IMG/VR virus record: IMGVR_UViG_3300037067_022448
Span: 47,030-111,029 of that record
Origin: a virus
Lineage: Duplodnaviria > Caudoviricetes
Strand: one strand, 5' to 3'
Length of the DNA: 64,000 bases
Shown here: positions 19,834-32,100 of the stretch, one piece after another
How the letters are laid out: every line of letters starts with the position of its first letter
Position numbering within the stretch: position 1 is the first letter of the stretch
The notes under the pieces: model-generated
Told to the model about the DNA's origin: nothing
The model's input: the letters and a program-made list of their open reading frames with translations, nothing else
The model's database searches: none
Program-made: the position numbers and the translations under genes

Positions 19834-22107
19834 TTAAAACATTAATTTATATAATTTATTTATATCTGTGTTTTTTGCTTGTTCTTCAAAAGAACCTACA
19901 ATTGCTTTACAATTTATAGAGAAATTATTCCATAGTTTTTCATATCTAAGTTTTGTAATGGAGGCTATATATCCCAAGTAATCATTGTAATTATTTAATA
20001 GAAAACCATTAACTCCATCTTTAATTATTTCAGATATTGCGCCAACATTAGAAGCTATAACGGGAGTACCAACACTCATTGCCTCAAGAATAACTAGTGG
20101 CATACCTTCCATTATGGATGGAAGCATTAAAACATCAAAAGCGGCATAATATTTTTCAACGTTTGTCTGTTTACCAACAAAGAATATATTTTTTAACGGG
20201 GCTGCTATTTGTCGTAAAGCCATTTCTTGAGGACCATTCCCAACAAAAACAAAAGAAATATCAGGCATATTTTTAGCACATTGAAAAATTACAGGAATAT
20301 TTTTCTCTGGTGAAAGCCTACCAACAAATCCAACAGTAAATCCATCTGGAATTCCATACTGTTTTAAAATCTCTTTAGAGCGTTCTATTTTGAACCTATT
20401 CCAATCAATAGGTTGTGGTAGAACAACAACATTTCTGTTACCAAATTTATTTAATTTTTGAGCCATGGTTTGTGAAACGGCAACTATCATTGTAACCATT
20501 TTTTCCCTGGTTGCAACTTTAGTCATTGAATCGCTCCAACTTAAGTCGCTATGTACTGTTTCAACAACCCGACATCTCCACCCTTGTGTCCAAGCTAATT
20601 TAAGAATTTCATAGACACCAAAGCTATTGTAAAAATGGATTATAGCATAATTCTCTGCTTCCAGGGCACACTTAAGAGACCAAAGTTGTCCATTGTTTGT
20701 AAAATCTTCAACATAAGCGCCAACATCGACAAACATTTTTTTAAGTTCTGGTGTTGCATTTAAACAAGCAACATAAGGTTCATAAATATCCTTATCTAAT
20801 TGTTTAATAACTTCTTTAATCCAAGTTTCGCCGCCACCACATATTTCATAAGGAACAACATAAAGTACTTTTTTTTTAGATTTAATTCTAAAAGACTTTT
20901 CTGGAATTGGAAGATCAAGAATCATTTGAGCTGCCGACTCCCAAGAAAATTTTTCAACTGTTTCTTTTGCAGCCATTTTAATCCGCGCCTTCTCTTTGTC
21001 TAGATTTTCATAAGCATATCTTAATAGTTCAGTAAAATGTTTTATGCTTGGGTCACCAGTTAAAGCTTTTGTGTTGTATGTCCAATATTGATGAGATGCT
21101 GGTGCTTCCATCTCTTTTGTATCAACCAATAATGAATTGTCATCGTTTAAGTATTCGAGTTGTCCACCATAACGAGGAGCTATTACTATATTTCCACAGG
21201 CAAGACTTTCAAGACCAGGAAGCCAAAAACACTCAATAGAACTCATATTTACTACTATATCACAGGCAGTATATAGAGAACCTATATTTTCAATAAACGT
21301 ATCATTTATAACTTCAATTTCTGGTGGGTTTTTATATTGTGAATATAATTTTTCAAGAATTTCTTTAACATCAACCTCAAAAGCCATTTTTGAATTTGGC
21401 TTTTTGAAATTAGTTTTAAGCACTAAACAAACATCATCCTTTGATGTAAAAGCGTCCAAGTATCCTTTAAAAACACGATCATATAGTTTTCTACCATGTG
21501 GTTGTATAGTGTTACAAAATATTTTAATTTTTTTTTGTGTTTGTAATTTAAAAGGTGGAATATCTGGATTAAAAATAGTAGTATCTACTCCATGTGGAAT
21601 AATCAACATTTTATCTTTTGGTATTCCATTTTGTTTAAATATTTCATGAGCAAATTTACTAGAAGGCAAAATATAGTCAAGCGCCCTATGATATTCTTGC
21701 CAACCTGGAGGAAATACTGAATTATCTAAATTCCAAATTATAGCTCTAGCACGCGACTGCGGATAAAATCTACGAGGAGCTTGATAAAGAATTGTATATG
21801 CTAACTCTAGATCATAAAAATTTCTATCCTGAATTTCTGGAAAACGATTTTTTGATGTGGTTATAATAATATTTCTATTTTCATCTAGAAAATCGGCATC
21901 AATAAATTCACCTTGTTCATTTATCAAATGACTATGATATCCTGGTAAAAGTAAATGTTTTAAGTTGTCCGGAAAATATTTTAAACTATTTGTTGATTTT
22001 ATGAAAATTTCATGACCACCAATTTTATCCATTGCTCTAGCTAGTGATTGAGTAACAATTGACCAAGAATGAAGTTGTCCAACCATTCCATGCCATCTTA
22101 TACGCAT
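19834..22107 (-). CDS. Tandem two-domain glycosyltransferase family 4 (GT-B)
   Basis: Domain 1: IPHGVD, ECFWLPGLESLACG. Domain 2: GGGETW, GFVGRLSPEKN, PSIMEGMPLVILEAMSVGTPVIASNVG. Confidence 0.92.
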   Translation of the reverse strand: MRIRWHGMVGQLHSWSIVTQSLARAMDKIGGHEIFIKSTNSLKYFPDNLKHLLLPGYHSHLINEQGEFIDADFLDENRNIIITTSKNRFPEIQDRNFYDLELAYTILYQAPRRFYPQSRARAIIWNLDNSVFPPGWQEYHRALDYILPSSKFAHEIFKQNGIPKDKMLIIPHGVDTTIFNPDIPPFKLQTQKKIKIFCNTIQPHGRKLYDRVFKGYLDAFTSKDDVCLVLKTNFKKPNSKMAFEVDVKEILEKLYSQYKNPPEIEVINDTFIENIGSLYTACDIVVNMSSIECFWLPGLESLACGNIVIAPRYGGQLEYLNDDNSLLVDTKEMEAPASHQYWTYNTKALTGDPSIKHFTELLRYAYENLDKEKARIKMAAKETVEKFSWESAAQMILDLPIPEKSFRIKSKKKVLYVVPYEICGGGETWIKEVIKQLDKDIYEPYVACLNATPELKKMFVDVGAYVEDFTNNGQLWSLKCALEAENYAIIHFYNSFGVYEILKLAWTQGWRCRVVETVHSDLSWSDSMTKVATREKMVTMIVAVSQTMAQKLNKFGNRNVVVLPQPIDWNRFKIERSKEILKQYGIPDGFTVGFVGRLSPEKNIPVIFQCAKNMPDISFVFVGNGPQEMALRQIAAPLKNIFFVGKQTNVEKYYAAFDVLMLPSIMEGMPLVILEAMSVGTPVIASNVGAISEIIKDGVNGFLLNNYNDYLGYIASITKLRYEKLWNNFSINCKAIVGSFEEQAKNTDINKLYKLMF

Positions 22108-22119
22108 ATATCTTTCCTC

Positions 22120-22326
22120 TTATCTTTTTGTTATAATTACTTTTTCATTTTCATCAACAACAATACGATCTTTATAAGCTTTATAAAGATCAGCTATTAT
22201 TTCTCTTACTACTCCTGTAACTGTTTTATAATTTTCTTTCGAATATCCAATTAGAAAATCAAAGAGTTCTCTTTCTAATCTTATATTAATCTGTTTCCTT
22301 TCTATATTTTTTGATAATTTATCCAT
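22120..22326 (-). CDS. Ribbon-helix-helix (Arc/CopG-like) DNA-binding protein
   Basis: RKQINIRLERELFDFLIGYSKENYKTVTGVVREII fits the beta-alpha-alpha RHH pattern. It is the first gene of the glycosylation operon. Confidence 0.75.
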   Translation of the reverse strand: MDKLSKNIERKQINIRLERELFDFLIGYSKENYKTVTGVVREIIADLYKAYKDRIVVDENEKVIITKR

Positions 22327-22434
22327 TTTACCTACTTGTAGTAATTAAAAAATTTATTTATTCACACTGAAAAACCCAATCAACTTGCTGCCGAGCAGTT
22401 CACACCTGTATATAATTTATATCTAAATGAATAC

Positions 22435-22448
22435 TTATTGATAGATTT
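22435..22448 (-). promoter_or_regulatory. Candidate late promoter/operator AAATCTATCAATAA upstream of the RHH/glycosylation operon
   Basis: The same 14-mer occurs at 58541..58554 upstream of the sheath gene; both copies are intergenic and oriented with the downstream gene. Confidence 0.5.
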
Positions 22449-22483
22449 TTAATTTAAAAAATTGTTAGTATTTTATACAAAAT

Positions 22484-25336
22484 CTATATACCCAAAAGAG
22501 ATCGCATTTGATCTTTAGTAACAACCCCAGTTTGATTGCTAAACCCAGCATGTTTTAGATATACAGTTACTAAAATTTTAGTAGAAAGTGCGGGTATTAA
22601 ATTTCCATGTAAATCATCGTACAAATCATCCATATATAACATTAATAAAGAAGTAGAAGGATCATAATAAAGTCCAACCAAATCCTTAATTGTCCCACCG
22701 ATTGCTACGTCGTACTCATTAGTAATTGATTGCAAAGCTGCTGTTATTTTAACCCTATTTTTGCCAAAATCTAAAATTTGTACATATGAGCCGTCAGCAT
22801 ATTTCATAGCAGGAAATTTGGTAGAAGTTAATCCATCAGAAGATTCCGCAACAAAATTATCAAATAATAATATTCCTCTATATCCATCAAGAAAAGTTGG
22901 GTTTCCATAAGAATCCGTAACTGGGATATCAAGAGATAAGTGGTTAATTTCAAGATCTACAGAATAAAAAGTTTCATCTGGATTTAAAATAAATCCCTCT
23001 AACAATAAATTCCCAGGAATAAAGAAATTGTTTAATCCACTAGGATATTCTGTGGAAACTGGTTTTGTATACGTAGTTGCGAGCAACCTTCTTAAGTCAA
23101 TTGTTGCTAATAAATCTGGAATCCAGGTAGCAAAATAATCAATTTCCCACGGGATACAATTTACTATTGGTGTTATAAATGATGTACAACAAGAATCAGG
23201 TATATCCGCAACAGCCACCAAAGGATTTAACAAATTTTCAACTTGAAGCTCTGTTCTAGAAAAAGTTGAACCAACAGGAAACGTTGTTACAGCTCTATTT
23301 ATGTAATCTTCAATCAAATCTCTATCGTTAATGTCTACATCACCATCTCCATCTACATCTGCTCGCAAAAATTCGAGAATATTAAGATAGCCATCTATTA
23401 CTAATTGCTGAACATAACCATCACTCATACTTAATGGTACATAACTAGGCCACCTTGAAAGCCAGCCGTCAACAATAGATAAATCTGTGAGATTTATTTC
23501 TCCATCACCGTTAACATCACCGTATGCATCATTAAAATGCGTTTGTTTTATAATTCTGAATTCACAATCGCTGCCACCACAGGATGTGCTTGGATATAAT
23601 ATTGAACCAACAAGATTGTTTTGTAAGATATCTGCATCTGGTAATAAAATATTAAAGATATTTCCATTTGCTAAGCCTGGCAAACAAGTCTCTCCAGAAA
23701 TTGTAGAAGGATTTCCTCTTGGATTTTCATCTCTTACTGAGGCTAATAATACTGGGTCCGGAGTTGTTTCTACTAAGACCGAGAGAGCAGCGGAATTTAT
23801 TAAAGAGATATCCGGTACAGGCGTTACTCTTGAATAAATATCATCCCCAGTTCGCTGATCTTGTTCTGGATCTGAAAATTCCTCGGAAGTTTCTAATAAT
23901 ACATAATTATATGCATCATATGTTACTGTATAAAATGGAAGTTCATCAAGTATATACGGAACTTCGGTGTTTGTATTATCCGGAGCTATTCTTGGAATTT
24001 GAACACCTATACCATTATCATAAGCAATACCATCTGATACTTTTATATAGTCTCCATAAATTGCAAACCACATATCACTTTCTGTAATATTTACCCATTG
24101 TGTACCATCATATATAACCATATAGCTATTATCTATTCTATCAGAAGCCTCTTCAAATAAAAGAGTCCCATATGTCGCTGCGCCCGCTCTACCAATTGTA
24201 AATACATAATATTTACCAACTTCTATATTAGAACGGATTGGATCTGAGACATTAGAGCCAGTAAAAACAAAATCTATAATTTGTGGTACACCGTTTAAAA
24301 CAACTCCCTGATATTTTAGGTCATCATCACTTAGCGCTATTTGACCAATAATTGTTGGATCGGGATCAAAATCAATAGTGTTGTCGGGTGTTGGAGTAAC
24401 CGGACATTCAACCTCTGTTTGAAGTTTGTGGAGTGTTAAGATTATATCTCCTCTCCATTCATAACCGTCCTCTCCAGGAAGATGAGATGAATTATATTTT
24501 ACTGAAGCTAATATAGAAATTTTTTGTATATTAGCGCCACTAGCTAAGAATTTTTGACCTATACGTGTCGTAACATCATTAGAGGGAATTTCTCTTTGGG
24601 CCTCAGACGACATTCCTATATTAAGATCCGCCAAAGATTTTGTTGGACCAATCGCATTTTGTAGCATTTCCACAACAGTGGTTGTGTATGAAGATGGAGA
24701 AAAATCGCTCCAGAACATACTTGGTTGTGCAACTTGAGCAGCGATTATTGGGTCTGCAGAAATTTCCATTGCCACGGCTTCTCTCACAACACAACGACCA
24801 ATTAAGTTATAACCATCTATTTCAGCAGCATATTTTCTATTATTTGTAAGGCTGCCAGCAAAATTATTGAATAGTATGGCTCTTATATTTTTATATCTGC
24901 CTCGTGTTATCTGAGTACCATTTGTATTAAAAATTAAATCATCATGAATAAGTGCGTCACCAAATTCATCACCCATAATGCTAACCTTAATATGTGCGGC
25001 GCCATCCAATCTAGCGCCCGTTATTTGTATGGCAAGATTTACTCCATTTATAGTATCAGATACCTCAACCAGATCGGAGCCAACATAAACATTTTGACCA
25101 TCAAAACTATATGAATCTAATAAAGATTGTTGTAACGAATTTAGACTATTTGTATCAAAAATAACAGGAGGATATGGAAATTCATCCAATACACCGCTTC
25201 CAAAAAAGTTATTTTCGTTAGCCGCATCTATCCCAACATTTCTAGTTTGTTCGTCGGTAAGGTCAGTTTCTGTAATCTGCTCTCCATCAAAAAAATTACA
25301 ATTTTTAAGATTTACAGGAAGTAATCTACTAGTCAT
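22484..25336 (-). CDS. Virion baseplate/fibre-attachment protein with a dockerin-like double Ca2+-loop domain
   Basis: N-terminal NFFDGEQITETDLTDEQ resembles tail-fibre/baseplate anchor N-termini; contains GDVNGDGEINLTD and ADVDGDGDVDIND loops; last gene of the tail module. Confidence 0.65.
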   Translation of the reverse strand: MTSRLLPVNLKNCNFFDGEQITETDLTDEQTRNVGIDAANENNFFGSGVLDEFPYPPVIFDTNSLNSLQQSLLDSYSFDGQNVYVGSDLVEVSDTINGVNLAIQITGARLDGAAHIKVSIMGDEFGDALIHDDLIFNTNGTQITRGRYKNIRAILFNNFAGSLTNNRKYAAEIDGYNLIGRCVVREAVAMEISADPIIAAQVAQPSMFWSDFSPSSYTTTVVEMLQNAIGPTKSLADLNIGMSSEAQREIPSNDVTTRIGQKFLASGANIQKISILASVKYNSSHLPGEDGYEWRGDIILTLHKLQTEVECPVTPTPDNTIDFDPDPTIIGQIALSDDDLKYQGVVLNGVPQIIDFVFTGSNVSDPIRSNIEVGKYYVFTIGRAGAATYGTLLFEEASDRIDNSYMVIYDGTQWVNITESDMWFAIYGDYIKVSDGIAYDNGIGVQIPRIAPDNTNTEVPYILDELPFYTVTYDAYNYVLLETSEEFSDPEQDQRTGDDIYSRVTPVPDISLINSAALSVLVETTPDPVLLASVRDENPRGNPSTISGETCLPGLANGNIFNILLPDADILQNNLVGSILYPSTSCGGSDCEFRIIKQTHFNDAYGDVNGDGEINLTDLSIVDGWLSRWPSYVPLSMSDGYVQQLVIDGYLNILEFLRADVDGDGDVDINDRDLIEDYINRAVTTFPVGSTFSRTELQVENLLNPLVAVADIPDSCCTSFITPIVNCIPWEIDYFATWIPDLLATIDLRRLLATTYTKPVSTEYPSGLNNFFIPGNLLLEGFILNPDETFYSVDLEINHLSLDIPVTDSYGNPTFLDGYRGILLFDNFVAESSDGLTSTKFPAMKYADGSYVQILDFGKNRVKITAALQSITNEYDVAIGGTIKDLVGLYYDPSTSLLMLYMDDLYDDLHGNLIPALSTKILVTVYLKHAGFSNQTGVVTKDQMRSLLGI

Positions 25337-26094
25337 TTTTTAATCTCCCACCTATATGATAGAGATTTTATTGGCGATTCGCCAATAATCTCTAATAAAT
25401 TAATTAAGCTTTTCTGTGGAAAATATATTCTAAAAATAACTTTTCCACTAGGATTTTTTCTTGGGCAGGCTTTTGTTTTTAACCCAAATGTATTATTTAA
25501 TAAGTTTGATAAAAATATCACCTCATTCTCAGTAAAACAGTCAGTACACAAAGAGCCACTACGTATATTAATAGAGCCATCACCCAGCCACCAATGAAGA
25601 ACAGTATTTGGAGTCAACTTTAGAGCTTGGGGGACAGTTTTTATTCCATTAATATACCAAACATTATATATTTCTTTAAACTCAATGGAACATTTGGTTC
25701 CAAAAGCAAATCTTGTATATATTTTGTTTGTTCGAGAGTCGCATTGTTGAACTTTTTTAATTCCACCATTAGATAAGGGAATAGAAAATTTTTCAAAACA
25801 GGAAGAAAGCCACTCCATGTATTCAAGATGTTTACTAGTAAACTTACAAGCAGCCTGATATTTGCTTGAATACATTCCACCATCTCCCAATAATTCTCCC
25901 TCAATTCTTTCTAAAAGCTCCTCTGGAATTTCAATATGTTTTTCTCTTGATAATCTTTTTGATTCTTCGCGATCCCGAATCATAATGTTGTTTTTAAGTA
26001 ATATGTTTTTTACAGTAGCGTGAGCCAAATGAAAGTTTTTTACTAAAAAGTTCATCGATTTCCCACCTAAATAACAGTTAATAAGATCTTTCAT
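25333..26094 (-). CDS. Free-standing LAGLIDADG homing endonuclease
   Basis: IEGELLGDG and LHWWLGDGS motifs, LCTDCFTENEV; inserted between two structural genes. Confidence 0.88.
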   Translation of the reverse strand: MKDLINCYLGGKSMNFLVKNFHLAHATVKNILLKNNIMIRDREESKRLSREKHIEIPEELLERIEGELLGDGGMYSSKYQAACKFTSKHLEYMEWLSSCFEKFSIPLSNGGIKKVQQCDSRTNKIYTRFAFGTKCSIEFKEIYNVWYINGIKTVPQALKLTPNTVLHWWLGDGSINIRSGSLCTDCFTENEVIFLSNLLNNTFGLKTKACPRKNPSGKVIFRIYFPQKSLINLLEIIGESPIKSLSYRWEIKK

Positions 26095-26105
26095 TAATCT
26101 CTCCT

Positions 26106-29100
26106 CTATTTTGTAAAGCTTACAAATGCTCTGGTGTGTGCTGGTTTTAGTTTCTCAATAAGACTTGTTAGCAATTCGTGCGCCAAATCAGTATCGATCA
26201 AACCAAAAGTATCTATCACTTCTACATAAAAATCAAATATACCAGTAGCCATATTTCTAACAGTAGCAAGATACTCTACCTTTTCTTGCGGTGTATCAAA
26301 ATCCAATAATAACCTCGTTAAAGCATCACTTACAACTGGCTGCGCTGTATTCACGTTGCTAGTATATAAAATATCTTTTCCAATAAGTTGTCCTGGCCCA
26401 CTACCACCCAAGTAAACTATTTGTCTCATTTCACTAGAAAATCTTAGATTATCCACTCTAGCCATGGCGGGGAATTGACCTGTAAAATCTGCGCCAATAT
26501 TTATTATGTTAAACAAATCAGTTAAATTAATATCAGCTAAAATGTTTCTGGCTGCGATTGTTCCAGCCGTTGCCGAACCCCAAACTGTAGGGGATCCGTA
26601 TAGATGGCCTGCACCATATTTTAGCCCGGTGCCGTATCTAATAATACCAGCCTCAGTACCATCAACCATTAAAACAAGGCGGTCCTGATTATCTATATTA
26701 TTGAGACTCCAACCAACAAAAACTCTATGCCAAGAGTTTTTCTTCCAATATATTGGAGCCCGTATTTGATAATCTACTCCAGAAGCTGTAACTAAGAGGT
26801 TGAACGCGCCGAATTCATCTTTATATAAACTAAATCTGTCTCCTTGGCTTGTAATTGGTACATATGTAACGATTACTTCTTGTATGTTTTTTGGTAAAGT
26901 TTGTCCAAGCCTTATTATATATCCATCATTGGAAAGTGTTCCACCAGTAAAATAGTTTTTAGAACTTCCAGAAACAGTTACCGAATCGATTGTTCTAGCT
27001 CTTACAGAAAGCCTTATTAACAAGTTTGATATAATGCCACTCTGAGCTACAGTGGTCGCTCTTCCTACAGTTATTTGTTGAGCAGGTGTTAAATCCACAA
27101 AATATCTTTTTGTTGGGTCATTATATGTATCTAAAATCGGGCTCACCCAAAACTCAATAGTCCCACTATTATTATTAAATATTGATTTATTATCAACTTT
27201 TAGGGGCTGTTTTTTATTAAAAATCGCTGATTGTTTGAAATTAGCATTAACACTGTTTTCACTTTGATTGTAAACTGGAGAATAGCTTGAATAAAAACTT
27301 GCGCTATTTGTTACATTATTATCAAAATGAAACAGCCCAAGCGTTTGTATTGTTGAGCTTAATTCTCTTACAATTAAATTATCAGTTGTAATAGAACGAC
27401 CTGAACTTGGTACAGGCGAACCTTTGCCAGTATCAACCGACATCTCATCAAGAATTCTCATTTCATCAATAACCGCATTTGCTTGATGTTCAGCTCTAAA
27501 ATCTGAACCCACAAAAAAAAGTTTGGGGGTTTCTGGCCAAGGAACAGTAAGATATGTTGGGAAATCAACTTCATACCAACAACTACCTAATAAGAAAGGT
27601 TGGCCACCCGATCTTGCAATTTCTAAGGTTATTAGACCGTTTGCAAATCCGCTATCTCCATATGAAGTTGCGAGCATTTTCCAACTTACGTTTGAATAAG
27701 ATGCTGACCAACTTACAGAGCCACCACCATAAGTTTCTAACACTATAGTATTAGAATCTTTAACTTTTCCACTTGGATCTAATAAGACATCCTGGATTTT
27801 GTAGACATTAGCAATAGCCGAAGGAGAAGTAATGTTTATTATTTTTCCAATATCTTCAACTCCAAATCTAGAATATCCGTCTATTAATTTATTATCTCCA
27901 GAAACAACTACACCATTTATTCCAGCCTGTTGTTGAACAGAAAGGAAAATTTGTGCATAGTTTCCATTATTTTCTTGCCAGTTTAGTGGATGTGTTTCAC
28001 GAATTTCAATTGCTCCAGCGGGTTTAGTCGGATCCATCGGCGAAACTGATACAAAAATATCTGTAATTGTGGTAAAAAACTTTTCTGTCGTTTGAGTTCC
28101 TGGTGCTGTCCAAGTTAAAACCTCATTATCATAGCCATCCGCAGTTATTCCATCAATTATAACATTGTTAAGACCAGCCCAATCAATGTTGTTTCCATAT
28201 AAAGTGGCGGAAATCTTTCTTCCAGTTACTCTATTTGATGGTTGACAAAAGTTAGCTATATTTACATATATAACTGGAATCATGTGCCCACCAACAAGAG
28301 TGGCTATTAATGAAAAAACTGTTGGATCTATTAGCATTCGTTTTACAATAATTTTAGTAACATTTATTTTGCTAATATCTGTAGGCTGTGGCATAATTGT
28401 GTTTAAAACGTTTGTTTTTAAATTTGGCCACACAAATACATATTGTCTGCAGCGACTTTGCATTAGTCCGTAGGATTTTAATAATACACTATCATTTATA
28501 GCAATCCCATCATATACATTTACATATTCAACATATCCATCATTGGAAAACCCATATTGAGGGGTTAAAGAACCTGGGGCATATAATTCGGTTTCTATGT
28601 TATAACCGTCTCCCGAAAAAACGCGGACGTGTTCTACATCATTGTCACTCAATGTTGTAAGTTGAAGTGGATTCACTGAAAATCTTACATTACTAAGAGA
28701 AAGAACGGCATTATAGTCCGCGCCAAGTCCCGTTTGTAATGTTAAGTAGTTTTCTCCCAATGTTTTTACAAAAACATAAGGATACGTTTGTGTATTAGTC
28801 CCATCTTCTGTATCATCCAGAATTTCGAACTTATCACCTATTGAAACTCCAGATGTAGCAAAAGTAGAACCTACAGAAACAACCAGATTAGAACCAGCTG
28901 TTGTTTGAAGATCGAAACCACCAATAGTTGGAGCGATAGCGGTCATAGCAAGCACTTCTGTGCTTGAATCTAAAAACAATGCATCTTGTGGGGGTTCAAA
29001 ATATCCACGGTATCTATAATTATTAGGAATTTCAGCGCCATCCACAAACAAATGAAGCTCATCTCGTTGCTCTATGGTTCCAATTTTCCAAGAGCAGGCT

Positions 29101-32100
29101 ATATGATGTGTTTCAAGTTTTTGCCAATTATGCAAATTGGCACTTAACATTTTAATACGATTATTACCATCATAAACTCTGAATCTTAAAAATCCTTTAC
29201 CATCTTTATATAAAGACATTCGGCAATAGTTTTCACGCACTCCCGTATCGAAGAAATAGTGTGGATTATCTGAAGAAAAGTCAATACCATCAAAACCACC
29301 ACGTATTCCTAATCCATAATTATCGTAGGCGTCATAATTATTATTAATCGCGTCATAAGCATCTAAAATAAAAGAAAATTTTATCTTTGTATCTGATGAG
29401 GTTATTTTATCTGTAAATTCATTTATATCATAATAACCATCGATAAAACTATAACCATCATATCCATCTGCTGTCGCTCCCCTAGAGACATCATAAAATT
29501 CTCCACCAGTTGATATTGTACCAGTAAAAGTTCTAAGTTCTATTCCAACTGGTGCTCTAACACGGCAACGCCACTTTTTGGCCCCAATATCATACCAAAT
29601 AAAATATCCAGTTTCAGTATGGATTGTGCTTGGTTTCCCCAAGGTTTTCGTGTCAGTTATGCTTAAACTAAATGGAATTTCTGTTGGATTTTCATTATTA
29701 CTACCAATAAAGATTTTATCTGTTCTATAATATCCATCAAATTTTAAATCAAAAGTAAGCAGTGCGTCATTTTCTATACCAGACCAATTTGGTACTACAA
29801 ATGCTTCCCAAGTTCCTTCATTAAATCTTACATTTGATGTTGCAGGAATAATTGCTGTTTGGCCATCATTACTAAGAAGGAGGCCATCTCCAAATTTTCC
29901 AGGAGCATAAGTTGGTAATTCCTCATTAGAATTTGCTCCAAGTTTCATTTTTTCTAGGTGAATAAAATCTCTACCCAAAATCCATTCCAAAAATATCGTT
30001 TCGGTAATCTTTGGATCGATCTGAGTTAGAGCACTAACTAAATCTTTAATTGAAGGAATGGTCGGTCCTTTCGGAAAAGACTGTAAAGAACCCTCAACCA
30101 TATGTCTGTAAGTTTCTCTGTCAAGTTCGTCAGGAATAGTTGAAAGCTCATCAATACCAGTCAAAATACCAAAATTATCGCGCAGAGAGTTTCTCAGCGC
30201 CCCATAACGATAACTTACATAGTAAGTTTCACCAGCTTCTAGGGTATCAGAAATACTCCAATCAAGTATATTATCCCCATATTCGTAACTAATTAATATT
30301 TCATCTGTAGTGTAAGCATAATCAATAAAAACATCGCCCACGCTATAGTTAACTAATACAGCAGCCCCATCTCTTAGTTTAGCACGATATGTTGCTGTTA
30401 CTGTACGGCCTGCTGCAAAACTAGCCCCAGTTGGAAGATAAATTCTATTGGTTGTGGCATCTATATATCCATCGCTACCATATGAAAAATAGTTGATGCC
30501 GCTATTTATATCTATTGCGCTTATAGCTGATTTTAATTCAGCATATCCGCTTGTTACAAGAGTAGAAATTCTTTGAGCACTAAAATAAACTCTAGTACCA
30601 GAAGTCTCTATTAGCAAGCCATAACCATCGTTATTATCTGCTATAAGAACACCAGTAGCATCTAGTGTAGCTGTATCTAGTGTCGATGATGAAACTACTG
30701 CGCCTACACCAAAGTCTATAGGATTTGAACGAGTCTGTAAATCTGTAATCTGAAAAACATGATATAATCTAAAGATATCATAATTAACTTCAATAGTTCC
30801 GCTACTTACTTGGATTGGTTGTAATGTTGTATTTCCATACGAATCAGTTACACTAATCTCCCTTTCTCCAGCAATATCTAGATCCGTTACGGCAATAGTT
30901 GTATCAGAAATTTCACCAATAGAATAGGTTTTAGAAATCTGGCCAACTTTTGGACTCCTGAAAATGTCTGTAGCGCGGATTATATGTTTATTTCTGGTTT
31001 TAAATGTTGTTTTTTTATAAGTTGCATCTCCAATTTCTGTATCTGCTGTATCTAACTGAGCCAAATACACAATACCCGTATCATAATCAACTACATAGTC
31101 ACCAATTTGTTCAAGTCTAGATAAATTAGTAGCTAGAGTATCTGTTGGATCAAAGAAAAATTCGCGAATAAATCTAGTTGTATCTGAAAACGTTAGAGAG
31201 CTGTTAAAACTAGCCCCTATAAAAGAGCCGGTCGCAGAACCAATCTCACTATTAAGTAATTCAATTTTAAAAGCAACAAAAGATTTGCCAGTAATACTAA
31301 TATGATCTACAATAACCAATTGAGATTGGATAACATCCTCAAAATTGGCTGCTTCTCGACTAACCTCAACAACATTTGGGGGTGTTGTTGCACTGAAATA
31401 AACCTCATTATTTGTAATTCTCGTTGGAGTATATAATTCTCCAGTCGTCTCATTAAAAATTCTAAAAACCTCATTTACTGGATATTTTTTTGTATAGAGA
31501 CCTATATTCTCAATAAGACGATTTTCTACGCGTTCATTTATTTCTTCAATGTGAGAGTTAAAGTTAAAATCTGTACCATCTGCGTATGTATCCTCATATT
31601 CAAATTTTACTAAAGCTGGGCTATACCTTAAATCTCTATCTGGTATGGAAGCGACTTCGTTTAAATCAGTATAAAAAATATAATCTAGCCCATTTTGATA
31701 AGTTTTAAGATATGAATAGTTTGCTACAGGTGGTATTACTGTAGTGCCATCGGTACCAGTTCCATCAACACCAAAAACAAAAACCCTGCCGGTACTATAA
31801 TCTACCATAAATTGCCCTGGCAAGCTTGGCAAGCTGTATTGGTTAAAAGATAGTTCTGAAGTAAAAGCCGGATGTTTAACTGTTGGATCAAAATTTTGCT
31901 GAGGATTTAACCACACAATACCATTTTTTGTAGGTATATTTCCATTTTGATCTACTATTGGTGCATGGTTTAAGAAAAATGTTGTTGCAACAGCCGGCAC
32001 TGATTCGCGAATTATATTTACAACCCTAGTAATATCCAAACTTTCTGGTTCAACAATTCTTCCTTCCTTTTTATAATAGTAAGTAATTATAAATGAATCT

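Noticed and set aside
30830-30850. SYG tripeptides as GFP-like chromophores
   Set aside because: Chromophore formation needs the GFP barrel. Here SYG is a variant of the D-x-Y motif in unrelated folds.
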